A DNA stretch of 64,000 nucleotides from contig JBNAUL010000002.1 of NCBI GenBank assembly GCA_049700835.1, positions 222,999-286,998 on the forward strand, read 5' to 3'. Below the pieces are notes generated by a model. It saw nothing but the letters and a program-made list of their open reading frames with translations, was not told the DNA's origin and ran no database searches. The translations under genes were made by a program, and so were the position numbers. Position 1 is the first letter of the stretch. Each line of letters opens with the position of its first letter. This DNA comes from Candidatus Woesearchaeota archaeon. GTDB taxonomy: Archaea > Nanobdellota > Nanobdellia > Woesearchaeales > WAPY01. Shown one piece after another: positions 42,535 to 53,249 of the stretch.

Positions 42535-43203
42535 ATGAAGATCCAAGAGATAAAAAACCTTCTAAAAGAGGAATTGTATAACATCCTGGAAAGCGAGGGG
42601 ATAGAGGAATTAAGACCTGCTCAAGAAAAAGCAATAAGGGCAGGGCTTCTTAATGGAAAAAACCTTCTTATCTGCACTCCGACTGCTTCTGGGAAAACTT
42701 TAATAGCAGAGATAGCAATGGTAAATACGATACTCTCAAATGGAGGCAAGGCTGTTTACATTTCCCCGTTAAAAGCCCTTGCAAATGAAAAGTACAATGA
42801 TTTTAGAAGAAAATACTCAAACTTGATGCGGATTGCATTATCCATTGGAGATTTTGATTCTGCTGACGCGTATTTGATGGACTACGATTTGATAATCATA
42901 ACTTCTGAAAAACTTGACTCTTTGATAAGGCACAATGCTCCGTGGATTCCAATGATAAGGGTTGTAATAATTGATGAAGTACACCTGCTAAATGATTTTG
43001 AAAGAGGCCCTACCCTTGAAATCTTGATAACTCTTTTGAAACAAGTTTTGAAGAAAGTTCAGATAATTGCGCTCTCAGCAACAATAGGCAATCCAAAAGT
43101 ATTGGCAGAGTGGTTGAATGCTGATTTGATTATAGACGATTGGAGACCTGTAAAATTGAAAAAAGGAGTTTTACACAATTGGGAAATAAAATTTTTTGAA
43201 TAG
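42535..43203 (+). CDS. Hel308/Ski2-like helicase, N-terminal RecA domain only
   Basis: LRPAQ Q motif, PTASGKT, PLKALA, TSEKLDS, DEVH, SAT, WRPVKL, then stop. Confidence 0.88.
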   Translation: MKIQEIKNLLKEELYNILESEGIEELRPAQEKAIRAGLLNGKNLLICTPTASGKTLIAEIAMVNTILSNGGKAVYISPLKALANEKYNDFRRKYSNLMRIALSIGDFDSADAYLMDYDLIIITSEKLDSLIRHNAPWIPMIRVVIIDEVHLLNDFERGPTLEILITLLKQVLKKVQIIALSATIGNPKVLAEWLNADLIIDDWRPVKLKKGVLHNWEIKFFE

Positions 43204-43211
43204 TTCTATTT

Positions 43212-43943
43212 TCACGGCAACTTATCAGGGGGAATCTTCTTTACAATCTTTTCAACAATTTCTCCTGCATCATACTTTTCTTCATGCAAAACGCTGTTGA
43301 AGAACCTACAAACGTTGAAAACATCTCTTGAAAGGTAATTCAAAGAATCTTGGTTTCTCATAGGAGTTGAATGGCTCAAATCAATAAAATACGGCTTTCC
43401 TTCATAGTTTAGTATGTTGAACTCAGAGAGATCTCCATGAACAAAACCATGAACCGCAAACTTCTCTATGTTTTTGAAAACTTGCTTTGCAAAGTTTTCT
43501 ACATTCTCAGGCAGAGAGTCCTTAATACTTGGAGCAGGGTTTTCCTTCCCTATGAATTCCATTATCAAAATGTTCTTTTGGAATGCGATTGGCTTTGGAG
43601 CGTTTATTCTTGCTCTTTGCGCGTTTATTAGATTTCTGAACTCCCTCTGACACCAAGCAAATATAACCTTCCTGCGCTTGTTAGCCAAGCCCTTAAATCT
43701 TGGGTCTCCTCTTATGTAAAAAAACATTCTCTTGAAATCAGCTGTCTGAAGCCTGTAAATTTTCACTATAACCTTCTCGTTGCTTTTTGTAAGCGCAAAA
43801 AAGATATTTGACTCTTTGCCAACAGCAATGTTTCCTTTTAGCTCCTCAAAAATTCCCTTGTTTATCAAAATTTTTAAATTGTTGATTGTAAAATTGTCAA
43901 AAACATCCTGCCAAACCTCAAATTTTTCTTTCCATTTAGGCAT
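43212..43943 (-). CDS. rio1: RIO1 serine kinase
   Basis: GKES, VKIY, YIRGDPRF, HGDLSEFNIL, IDLS. Confidence 0.93.
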   Translation of the reverse strand: MPKWKEKFEVWQDVFDNFTINNLKILINKGIFEELKGNIAVGKESNIFFALTKSNEKVIVKIYRLQTADFKRMFFYIRGDPRFKGLANKRRKVIFAWCQREFRNLINAQRARINAPKPIAFQKNILIMEFIGKENPAPSIKDSLPENVENFAKQVFKNIEKFAVHGFVHGDLSEFNILNYEGKPYFIDLSHSTPMRNQDSLNYLSRDVFNVCRFFNSVLHEEKYDAGEIVEKIVKKIPPDKLP

Positions 43944-44174
43944 AACAATGAATGTTTTTTGAAAGTTTAAAAATTTTTTTAAAGAAAAAAATTAAAAAAA
44001 ATTTAAAATAGAAAAGTTTAAAAACAACACTAACTTATTTTTCAAAACGATAATCATTTAAAAGTAGAAATTAAATTCAAGATATCAAATTAATATTAAA
44101 TAATTAAATAATCTAAATAATCAATATTGGATTTAATCAGTTGAATACTGACAAACAAACGAGCAGGTGATAGA

Positions 44175-44495
44175 ATGCAAAAGAGCATGAGGGAAATTGT
44201 CAATGAACTTTCTTATGAGGATCTTTTAAAATTCAAGAAAGATCTTGAAGAGAATTCTTTTCAGATAAAAAAACTCGTCGAACAGAGGATTAGGCAGGAG
44301 ATTGAAAAAAATTCTCATGTTTGCGCCAACTGCGGAAGAAAGATGAATCCCTACGAGGATGATGAACTTTGCTTAATCTTTGGGCCTCCTGATTTCAAAA
44401 GAAGGGCTTATTTCTGTGGGATTGACTGCCTTGAGTATTTTCTTGCAGAACTGAAGAAGATTGAAGTCAAAAAACTAAAAATTCCTAAAATTTAA
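44175..44495 (+). CDS. Small putative zinc-binding protein
   Basis: CANC ... FCGIDC (TRASH-like); AGGTGA SD. Confidence 0.75.
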   Translation: MQKSMREIVNELSYEDLLKFKKDLEENSFQIKKLVEQRIRQEIEKNSHVCANCGRKMNPYEDDELCLIFGPPDFKRRAYFCGIDCLEYFLAELKKIEVKKLKIPKI

Positions 44496-44521
44496 AAAGC
44501 AGAGCAAAATACCAGTAATTT

Positions 44522-45193
44522 ATGGAGAAATACTTAAATGAAATAAGAGTGCCCAAGGAAAGAGTAGCAGTTGTCATTGGAAAGAAGGGTGAGACAAAAG
44601 AAAAGATTGAGAAAGAACTCAACTGCAAACTAAGAATTGATTCTGAAACAGGGCTTGTAACAATAAATTCAAAGGATGCAATAATGCTCTACAAGGCGTC
44701 AGAGATAATAAAGGCAATAGCCCGTGGTTTCAGTCCTGAGAATGCTTTTCTCCTTCTGAAAACAGATTATGTTCTTGAAATAATTTCTTTAAAAGAATAC
44801 ATAAAATCAAGCAATAGGATGAAGATAGTGCTTGGAAGGATAATAGGAAGCAATGGAAAGTCAAAGAGGACTATTGAAGAACTAACAAACACTGTAATAT
44901 CTGTCTATGGAAAAACTGTTTCAATAATAGGGGAGACATTGAATGTCATCAATGCAAGAAGAGCTGTAACAATGCTTATAAACGGGGCGCAGCACACAAG
45001 GGTTTTTAGTTTTCTAAGCAAAATTGCTGAAGAGGAAAAGAAGATAAGCATGCTTGGTTATGAGGAAAGGGAGGATGTTGTTTATAAAAAGATTGACGAG
45101 CAATTGAATAAAAACAAGAAAGAAAATAAAAAAGAGAGAAAGACAACTGAAAACAATAAAAATAAAAACAAGAAATTAGAGACAAAAGAGTAA
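44522..45193 (+). CDS. KH-domain rRNA-processing protein (Dim2/Pno1 family)
   Basis: RVAVVIGKKG, AIARGFSPE.A, GRIIGSNG, GKTVSIIG, GAQH. Confidence 0.92.
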   Translation: MEKYLNEIRVPKERVAVVIGKKGETKEKIEKELNCKLRIDSETGLVTINSKDAIMLYKASEIIKAIARGFSPENAFLLLKTDYVLEIISLKEYIKSSNRMKIVLGRIIGSNGKSKRTIEELTNTVISVYGKTVSIIGETLNVINARRAVTMLINGAQHTRVFSFLSKIAEEEKKISMLGYEEREDVVYKKIDEQLNKNKKENKKERKTTENNKNKNKKLETKE

Positions 45194-45357
45194 AACCTAA
45201 AGAGTAAAGCAGAAAGACAAAAACTGGCTGAATTTTTAAAAAATATGAGATATTTAGAGCAGGAGAAAAAGAAGAAAAAAGCGCAAAAAACAAGCAATGA
45301 ACAGCAATGAATAAAATTAGAAAAATATAAAAATAACCAAAAGAGCAAGCAAGAAAA

Positions 45358-47058
45358 ATGGCTGAAGAAAAAGAGGTAAATAAGGAAAATAATTCTAATG
45401 AAAATAATGGAATTGCATTTGAACTTGCAAAGAAACAAAGGGAAATCTCAATAGCAGAGTTCTTTGAGAAGAACAGGCACTTGCTCGGCTTTGACAACAA
45501 GAGAAAGGCGTTGCTAACTGCTGTCAAGGAAGCAGTTGACAACAGTTTAGATGCCTGCGAAGAAGCAAGAATACTGCCTGAGATAAAGGTGGAGATAACA
45601 GAACTTTCAGAGGAAAGATTCAAGGTAGTTGTTGAAGACAATGGGCCAGGAATCGTAAAGGATCAAATTCCAAAAATCTTTGCCAAGTTGTTGTACGGAA
45701 GCAAGTTTCACACTCTAAAACAATCTCGCGGCCAACAAGGAATTGGAATTTCAGCAGCAGTTCTTTACGCGCAATTGACAACAGGAAGGCCAGCAAGAAT
45801 AACCTCAAAGATAAAGGAAGAGGATTCCGCGCATTTTTATCAGCTCCATATAAACACTCAGCAGAACAAGCCAGAGGTTGTTGAGGAGAAAAAGATAGAT
45901 TGGGAAAAGATCAGCGGAACAAGGGTCGAGATAGACATAGAAGCTTCTTATCAAAAGGGAGACCAAAGCGTTGACGAATACCTAAAACAAACAGCAATAA
46001 TAAATCCATATGCTACCATAATATACATAAATCCTAAATCAGAACAGCAGATATTCTCAAGAACAATAAACGAACTTCCAAAGAAAGCGCAGGAGATAAA
46101 ACCGCATCCTTATGGAATCGAAATTGGAAGATTGCTCAGAATGCTGCACGAAACAGAATCAAGAACCCTGCAAAGCTTTCTGACAACAGAGTTCTCAAGA
46201 GTTGGAAGTTCTACTGCAAAAGAAATCTGCGAAAAGGCAGCTCTATTACCACAAACAAAGCCAAAAACAATAATAAGGGAAGAGGCTGAAAAACTAATAC
46301 GTGCAATAAAGGAAACAAAGATAATAGCTCCATCAACAGATTGTTTATCACCGATAGGAGCGAATGAACTCGAAGAGGGTTTGAGAAAAGAATTCGCAGC
46401 AGAGTTTTACACATCAACGCAGAGGCCTGCATCAGTTTATAGGGGCAATCCTTTCATAATAGAATGTGCCCTTGCATATAGTTCAGCGCTGCCTCAAGAC
46501 CAACCGATAATTTTGATGAGGTTTGCAAACAAGGTTCCATTGCTCTATCAAAAGAGTGCCTGCGCAATAACTAGGACGGTTTCTCTTATAAATTGGAGGC
46601 AATACGGGCTGCAGCAATCAAAGGACAGTTTGCCAATAGGACCTGTTGTCTTGGCAGTTCATTTAGCATCGGTTTGGGCTCCTTTTACAAGCGAGGCAAA
46701 GGAAGCGATTGCGCATTATCCTGAAATAATGAAGGAGATAAAATTGGCAGTTCAGGAGTGTGCCAGAGACCTTTATGTTTATCTTAGGAAGAAACAGAGG
46801 TTTCACGAGCAGATAAAGAAAAAGGGCTATATTGAAAAATACATACCGCACATTTCAGAATCTTTGAAAGAGATACTTAATTTGAGAGAGGACGAGATTC
46901 CTGAAATAAAAAAGGCATTGGAAGAAATACTTGAAAAAACAAGAAGGATTGAGGAGCTTGAAACTCCTGAGGAAGTTGATGAAAAAGAAAAAATAGGAAT
47001 AAGAGGAGAAGTTGAGGAGGAAGTTGAAAACATCGAGGAAAATGAAAGAGGAAAATAA
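45358..47058 (+). CDS. top6B: DNA topoisomerase VI subunit B
   Basis: [40 protein letters not shown]. Confidence 0.97.
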   Translation: MAEEKEVNKENNSNENNGIAFELAKKQREISIAEFFEKNRHLLGFDNKRKALLTAVKEAVDNSLDACEEARILPEIKVEITELSEERFKVVVEDNGPGIVKDQIPKIFAKLLYGSKFHTLKQSRGQQGIGISAAVLYAQLTTGRPARITSKIKEEDSAHFYQLHINTQQNKPEVVEEKKIDWEKISGTRVEIDIEASYQKGDQSVDEYLKQTAIINPYATIIYINPKSEQQIFSRTINELPKKAQEIKPHPYGIEIGRLLRMLHETESRTLQSFLTTEFSRVGSSTAKEICEKAALLPQTKPKTIIREEAEKLIRAIKETKIIAPSTDCLSPIGANELEEGLRKEFAAEFYTSTQRPASVYRGNPFIIECALAYSSALPQDQPIILMRFANKVPLLYQKSACAITRTVSLINWRQYGLQQSKDSLPIGPVVLAVHLASVWAPFTSEAKEAIAHYPEIMKEIKLAVQECARDLYVYLRKKQRFHEQIKKKGYIEKYIPHISESLKEILNLREDEIPEIKKALEEILEKTRRIEELETPEEVDEKEKIGIRGEVEEEVENIEENERGK

Positions 47059-48163
47059 AACAAAGGAAAAGATTGAATTTGACAAAAACTTGCTTGACAG
47101 GATAAAGGAACTCGCTTACAATCTGCTCCAAGAAATAAAAAGCAAGAAAAGCCCTTCATTAAAAACCCCTTTGAGAAATTTGGCGAATGTTCATTACAAC
47201 AAGGAAAAGGGATACTTTGAGATAGGCAGCAAAATAAAGAAGAGAACGCTGACAGTCAACACTTCAAAAACATTTGCCCAAACATTGAGAATGCTTAGTT
47301 TATCAAAAACTCTAATAGAAACAGATGACATTGCAACAAAGAGAGAAGCTTACTATGTATCAAAGAATTGGGGGGATGCAAGATTTTTAGAACAGCAGGA
47401 ATCAGACGCAATAATGGACGACATTGAAGCTATGTTCTTAGTCAACAGGGAAAAACTCGGGTTTATTCCTGAAGAAAAGGGAGGAGATGTTGCTGGAAAA
47501 CTCATGGTAATTGACAAGGATCCTGAAACAGGCAAGGAGATAAAGATTGACTGCACCAAAATGGGAACAGGCGCTTATTCAATTCCAAGCAGCGTTGAAC
47601 ACTTAAAGTTTGAGACAAACGCTGATTTCATACTTGCAATAGAAACAGCAGGCATGTATCAGAGATTGGTAAAGCACACTTATTGGAAAAAATCAAATGC
47701 AATACTAATCTCAATGGGAGGGGTTCCAACAAGGGCTTGCAGAAGATTCATAAGGAGATTATCAGACGAGATGAAACTCCCTGTCTATGTTTTTACAGAC
47801 GGAGATCCATATGGTTATCTCAACATCTACAGGACATTGAAGGTTGGTTCTGGAAATGCAGCACACATCAACAAGTATTTCTGCGTACCTCAAGCAAAAT
47901 TCATTGGAATAACTCCGCAGGACATAATTGATTACAAACTCCCAACACATCCTCTAAAAGATGTTGATGTCAAGAGAGTAAAAGACGGTTTAAAGAACGA
48001 TCCTTTTGTAAAGCAGCATCCTGATTGGCAAAAGGCATTGAAACAATTGGTTGAGATGAGGAAAAGGGCTGAACAGCAAGCACTAGCGCAGCACGGCCTT
48101 AATTTTGTAATCACAAACTATCTGCCTGAAAAACTTTCAAACCCAAAAACATGGTTGCCTTAA
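47042..48163 (+). CDS. top6A: DNA topoisomerase VI subunit A
   Basis: TKREAYY catalytic Tyr, IETAG, DGDPYG TOPRIM, AEQQA. Confidence 0.97.
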   Translation: MKEENKTKEKIEFDKNLLDRIKELAYNLLQEIKSKKSPSLKTPLRNLANVHYNKEKGYFEIGSKIKKRTLTVNTSKTFAQTLRMLSLSKTLIETDDIATKREAYYVSKNWGDARFLEQQESDAIMDDIEAMFLVNREKLGFIPEEKGGDVAGKLMVIDKDPETGKEIKIDCTKMGTGAYSIPSSVEHLKFETNADFILAIETAGMYQRLVKHTYWKKSNAILISMGGVPTRACRRFIRRLSDEMKLPVYVFTDGDPYGYLNIYRTLKVGSGNAAHINKYFCVPQAKFIGITPQDIIDYKLPTHPLKDVDVKRVKDGLKNDPFVKQHPDWQKALKQLVEMRKRAEQQALAQHGLNFVITNYLPEKLSNPKTWLP

Positions 48164-48786
48164 ATTCTGAAAAAACAAAAAAAATAAAGATAGTTGTTTT
48201 TGATTTAGGAGGAGTTCTTTTTGAGTATGCAACTCTAAAGGCAGCAAAAGTTTTAAGCGAGAAATACAATTACAAAAAGAAAATAATTTTGAATTTGCTT
48301 CAATCAAAAAAGAGCAGGGCTCTAAGAGAAGGAAAGATAAGTGATAAAGATTTTTGGAATTATGCAAAAAAGATTGTCCCAAAGAATTATTACACAAAAA
48401 TAATAAAAAAAGTTTGGGATGGTTGTTCTGAAATTAATAGAAAAGTGTTTAAAATCGTAAAAGAGCTTAGCAAGAATAAGAAAGTAAAACTCATGATTTT
48501 TTCAGGCAATGTAAGAACAAGAATAAAAGCTCTTGACAAAAAATATAATTTCAGAAGGTATTTTTACAAAGAAGTTTATTCTTTCAACCACAAAATAAAT
48601 AAGCCGAAAACAAAATTTGTAAGAATAATGATTGAGCAAGCAGGAGTTAATCCTGAAGAAATCTTATACATAGAAGACAATCCTGTTTATGCAGAACCAG
48701 CAAGAAAATTAGGTGTAAATGTTGTCATTTTTAAGAATGCTAAACAATTAAAAAAGGAATTAAAAAACTTCGGGCTTTGGATTTGA
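48151..48786 (+). CDS. HAD-superfamily phosphatase
   Basis: FDLGGVL, FSG, KP, YIED. Confidence 0.85.
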   Translation: MVALNSEKTKKIKIVVFDLGGVLFEYATLKAAKVLSEKYNYKKKIILNLLQSKKSRALREGKISDKDFWNYAKKIVPKNYYTKIIKKVWDGCSEINRKVFKIVKELSKNKKVKLMIFSGNVRTRIKALDKKYNFRRYFYKEVYSFNHKINKPKTKFVRIMIEQAGVNPEEILYIEDNPVYAEPARKLGVNVVIFKNAKQLKKELKNFGLWI

Positions 48787-48842
48787 CTTAAACCTTTATT
48801 CTGCACTACTTTTATTTTTTAACAAGTTTTCTCTTACGAATT

Positions 48843-49410
48843 TTATAACATTAGAGAATATGCTGTGTTATAAATATTGTTATTTGATTGCTCTTCAAGT
48901 TTTAATTCCAAGAGGTGTAAGCTTGATTCTATGTTTTCAAGATAGCAAGCAAGTTGTCCCCATGTTCTTTGCTTTTTTTGAAATCTCATTCAAAAGCATT
49001 TCTTTTAAGTCCTCTTTTTTGCGATTGCAAAAATTCTTTTTTTTAGGATTTAGTTCTTCTAACAATCCATATTCTACAATCAAGTAAAATAGAACACTTT
49101 CAGGTTTTATGCTTCCTAAATTTTTATATTCGCAACAGGAGTTCTTCAAAACATTAAAGCAGGAATAAAAACCTCCTAAGTATGAGAGCGTGCTTTCAAA
49201 CAAGTTTTCTATTTTGCTTTCCACTTGAGCAATTCTTTCAGAATAATCTCTGTTTTTAGGAGAGCTTTTTATTCTTTCAATATCAGAATAAAAACCTACA
49301 ATCTATTCTGCTATAGGAGTATAGACACCGCTGTTTAGTTTTTCATTAATATCATCTATTCTTTGCTCTAAATCATTGAGCATATTCCTAAACGAATTCT
49401 TTGAGTTCAT
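48843..49410 (-). pseudogene. Degraded gene of unknown function
   Basis: ATG 49410 is in frame with track ORF 48937-49224 but interrupted by TAG at 49303-49305; protein-like sequence continues in another frame (GQLACYLENIESSLHLLELK...) past the TGA at 48937. Confidence 0.5.
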
Positions 49411-49533
49411 AGCCACAAAAAAATCATAAAAGCAGATGTGTTTTATAAGCATTTTTGTAAAGGAAAATTTATATTTGAATAGTAAGTTTTAAAAACAAAA
49501 ATAGTAAACCAATAGAATAAAACAATTTTTTAA

Positions 49534-49607
49534 GGACCTGTAGCCTAGTCTGGAAGGGCAACAGCCTTCTAAGCTGTGGGTCGAGGGTTCAAATCCCTCC
49601 AGGTCCG
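49534..49607 (+). tRNA. tRNA-Arg(TCT)
   Basis: GGACCTGTAGCCTAGTCTGGAAGGGCAACAGCCTTCTAAGCTGTGGGTCGAGGGTTCAAATCCCTCCAGGTCCG cloverleaf; anticodon arm ACAGC-CTTCTAA-GCTGT. Confidence 0.95.
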
Positions 49608-49854
49608 TTAGGAACTGGAGACCAGGAATGACTGAAAGGAATGACGCTNNNNNNNNNNNNNNNNNNNNNNNNNNNNNNNNNNNNNNNNNNNNNNNNNNNN
49701 NNNNNNNNNNNNNNNNNNNNNNNNNNNNNNNNNNNNNNNNNNNNNNNNCCTCCAGGTCCGTTAGGAACTGGAGACCAGGAATGACTGAAAGGAATGACGC
49801 TGCCTCCAGGTCCGTAACAAGGTGAAGGAACTGAAAACTAAGAATGACTAAAAG
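49596..49854 (+). repeat. 54-bp tandem repeat containing the last 12 nt of tRNA-Arg(TCT); spans an N gap so copy number is unknown
   Basis: CCTCCAGGTCCG at 49596, 49749 and 49803; same core as the 30956 array; degenerate tail at 49827-49854. Confidence 0.9.
49649..49748. other. Assembly gap (100 N) inside the tRNA-Arg(TCT) repeat array
   Basis: Run of N. Confidence 1.
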
Positions 49855-49972
49855 ATTTGGTTTACTTTAAGTTCTAAATTATCTATTTTTTTATCTACTA
49901 CAAAATAACAATTGTGATAAGTATTTTTTACAATAAAAAAGGTTTTATATTTTCTAATCATTTTTTAAATTT

Positions 49973-50398
49973 GTGGCAAGAATCAACTATGAAAGAAAAG
50001 AGATTTTATGTATAGAACAAAAATTTGAAGAACTTAGGAGATTCTATGAAAAGGTTTACCAAAATAATAAAGATGGTCATTTTCATTTCAGCACTGCACA
50101 AGATTTAATTAAATTTAAAGAAAAGAATTCTGAGCAAAGAGATTTTGTTGAAAAAAACATTTATTTCTTAATAGGATTGGAAAGGTTAAAAGAAATTGCT
50201 GGTTTAGAAGAGAAAATAGTTTTCTTAGAAAAAGGAAACTTAAGAGAAATTGAGAAAAATGTTCAAGAAGAATACAACTCAACCTATTATCCTGTTTGTT
50301 ATATTTTGGACAAAAATAAAAAGAGATTAGTAGTAGCTAACTATGAAAAGAGTTTTCAGCAAGGAGGTCCTGAAATAATTGTTCTTAATGAAGAATAG
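49973..50398 (+). CDS. Hypothetical protein
   Basis: 141-aa ORF with GTG start; TATA-like TTTTATA upstream. Confidence 0.6.
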   Translation: MARINYERKEILCIEQKFEELRRFYEKVYQNNKDGHFHFSTAQDLIKFKEKNSEQRDFVEKNIYFLIGLERLKEIAGLEEKIVFLEKGNLREIEKNVQEEYNSTYYPVCYILDKNKKRLVVANYEKSFQQGGPEIIVLNEE

Positions 50399-50732
50399 TA
50401 TTCATTAAATTTTAACGAATAATTAAATTAAGATATTAAGCATTTTATTTCTAAAGGAAAACGAGAATGTGGTTAAAATCATTTTTATTATCAATATTTG
50501 AGCATAGCCCATGTTAGTATTATGTTAGTGTAATTTTTACTTATATAAGATTAATAAGCTTTATTAAAACCAAAGAAAACAAAACAAAGTAATTTTGTTT
50601 TCTTTTTAACAACCGAACAATAAAACTAATGTTTTAATAACAATTTGTGGTTAAAAAATGTGGCATCAATAAGAAATGCTGTAAAGCAAAGAAAATGTAG
50701 AAATTATGAAACCTGTGTTCTTATTTAATAGT

Positions 50733-52507
50733 CTATACTTTACAACAACACTTATTAGGAGGACAAGATTCGTATGTTCTGACATCAAAGCATAGATATT
50801 CATATTTACATGTAAGATTATTAAGCCAAGTATTGCAAATATCGCACTTTTTATCAAATATTATATCTAAAAGTATACTATTCTTAACTATTAAGGTTAT
50901 TTTTCCTTCATCGCATAACTCATAACAAATAAAATCATTTCCTACATAACTGGTATTTTGTTTTAATGATTGGTTTATTTGAAGATTAGTTTTATTAAAA
51001 TATGCTGCAACCCAACTTNNNNNNNNNNNNNNNNNNNNNNNNNNNNNNNNNNNNNNNNNNNNNNNNNNNNNNNNNNNNNNNNNNNNNNNNNNNNNNNNNN
51101 NNNNNNNNNNNNNNNNNNAAAACTACTACCATTATAACTTAATATAATGGCATCTGCTAAACCTGGGCTGCCTCCAGGTAGCAAACTATTATAACAGTTA
51201 CGCATCACTAATCCTGGGCTGTTATTATTTTTAAAATAATTTTCAATTTTAGAATCGCATTTTGAAAGATTTCCATTGCACAAAACAGTAAAAACGCTTT
51301 TCAAGAAATCACATTTTTTAGTGTTGTTGGATAGATTTATAGGACTTTCTTTAAAACAAAATATATTCGTTACTTGTTGATCTTGGATTTTATAAGTGAT
51401 TGTGTAATTTTTTGTTAATAAAATGCATTCAGAAGTGTCAAACTTGCAATTATTGCATTTCAAATTTCCTCCTATAAAATTATAGCCAAGATTATCTTTT
51501 AAATCATAGCAATTTTTTCCATCTAAGTTATCTTTTTCACATTCCTCTCCAGAATCATAATTTATAACTCCGTTTCCGCATGTATTTTCACAAACTCCAT
51601 TGTTGCAAAAACCTGTGCAATTATTGCACTTTGATTTTGCTTCATGATTTTCAATATGACAAACACATATTTCATTATCTTTGCAATAAGATTGTGAATC
51701 ATTGTATTTTTCTTCACAATGCAGTTCAACGCACTTATTATTGTAACAAACTTGTGTTTCTAAGCAATCCTCATTTTTTAAGCATTCAACGCACTTATTC
51801 AAATTATAATTGCAAACTCCTCCTTTACAGTCATTATTGGAAGTGCATTCAACGCATCTTCCTGTGCTAAAATTGCAAACTAGTGGAGAGCAATCATCAT
51901 TAAAATAACATTTTTTAATACAAACCCCTTTTTCAGAGCAAAACTCATCTTGCAAGCATTCATTATTTTCCTTGCAAAATCTTGTTTGCGGAGGAATTTC
52001 TTCTAAATAAACCTCCTTGCCCAAACCTACTAATAAAATTTCTGCCTCCTCCTTTGTTATTGGAAAACAATATATTCCTTCTCCGACAAAAACCTCTCCA
52101 ACGTAAAAGCTTTCACGGTTTGGAAACAAAAAAAGGTTTTTATTAATTCCTTCTTTTATTATAGAGCAAACCAGGGCTTTTTCTTTTGAATATACATCAG
52201 AACTTGGGGCTAAACTGCAATACAACTGCTTAAGGTTTTCATCATCTAATAAGGACTTATCAACAAAACACATGTACTTTGTGTTTTCAGGAACCTTCAA
52301 TGTTATTTTCTCGCTGAAATCCATGTTTTCTGAAATTTCTGATATTCTTGATTTAAGATTAGTGTAAAACTCAGTTAGTTGAGCTTTTTCTCCTGATTTT
52401 TTTAGATTAGAAATCACTTTGTAACCCAAAATTATGGTAAATAACAAAATAGCAGCAATGAAGGCAATCAAGAAAACCATTTGAATCTGCGCTTGTTTAC
52501 TCTTCAT
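50733..52507 (-). CDS. Class III (pilin-like) signal peptide, Cys-rich surface protein; interrupted by a gap
   Basis: MKSKQAQ followed by a hydrophobic helix; repeated C..C..C..C modules; after the gap an open frame (SWVAAYF...CPPNKCCCKV) runs to TAG at 50733, replacing the track's end at 50975. Confidence 0.75.
51019..51118. other. Assembly gap (100 N)
   Basis: Run of N. Confidence 1.
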
Positions 52508-52616
52508 AAAACAAACTAAATCAGTTAGGATATTTAAAGATTTCTAAAGCAAAAAACTTGGTTCTCAAATCAAAAATAGAAAAATTTTTAAATGTTATAA
52601 TTTTCTGAGTTTTGAC

Positions 52617-53249
52617 ATGCCAGCAATACTAACCTTTATCAGAAAATTGTTCTGGAATATTTTCAAGAAGAAAAGGCATCTTAAAATAGGAATTTATGGT
52701 CCTCCAAATGGCGGAAAAACAACTCTTGCGAACAGGATTTGCAGGGATTGGCTTGGAGAAGACATGGGAAAGGTTTCTAACATTGCTCACGAAACAAGAG
52801 AGATACAGATAAAAGAGGAAATACACATAAAATCAGGAAACAAGGAACTAAGTTTTAATTTGGTTGATACTCCTGGAATAGCAACAAAGATTGATTATGA
52901 GGATTTTATAAAAGCAGGAATGAACGAGGAAGAGGCAAAGAAAAGAGCAAAAGAAGCTACAAAAGGAGTTATTGACGCAATAAAATGGCTTGATGAAATG
53001 GATGTTGTCATAGTTGTTCTTGATGCAACAAAAGACCCTTATACCCAGGTAAACCTTACTATTGTTGGAAACCTTGAAGCAAGGAAAATTCCTGTGCTTT
53101 TAGTTGGTAATAAGATTGATTTGAAAAAGGCAAACCTGAAAAAGCTTAAAGCTGCTTTCCCGCAGTATACCATTGTAGGGATTTCAGCCAAGTATGGAAC
53201 GAACATTGAGGAGTTTTACAAGTCATTGTTTGAGGTTGCTGGAAAATGA
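52617..53249 (+). CDS. Archaeal Era-like small GTPase (OapA-like)
   Basis: GPPNGGKTT, HETRE, DTPG, NKID, ISA; first gene of the GTPase-DUF2073-DUF2072 operon. Confidence 0.88.
   Translation: MPAILTFIRKLFWNIFKKKRHLKIGIYGPPNGGKTTLANRICRDWLGEDMGKVSNIAHETREIQIKEEIHIKSGNKELSFNLVDTPGIATKIDYEDFIKAGMNEEEAKKRAKEATKGVIDAIKWLDEMDVVIVVLDATKDPYTQVNLTIVGNLEARKIPVLLVGNKIDLKKANLKKLKAAFPQYTIVGISAKYGTNIEEFYKSLFEVAGK

Noticed and set aside
45006..45641. 211-aa minus-strand ORF and the many other antisense or nested track ORFs
   Set aside because: F/S/L-rich shadows of well-supported genes on the opposite strand or frame.
30956..49814. The two arrays as attL/attR of one integrated element
   Set aside because: Each array carries the 3' end of its own tRNA, the intervening DNA holds core genes (top6, rio1, metK) and no integrase is present.
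49628..49825. Track ORF MTERNDA...
   Set aside because: It is the repeat unit read across an N gap; no support as a gene.
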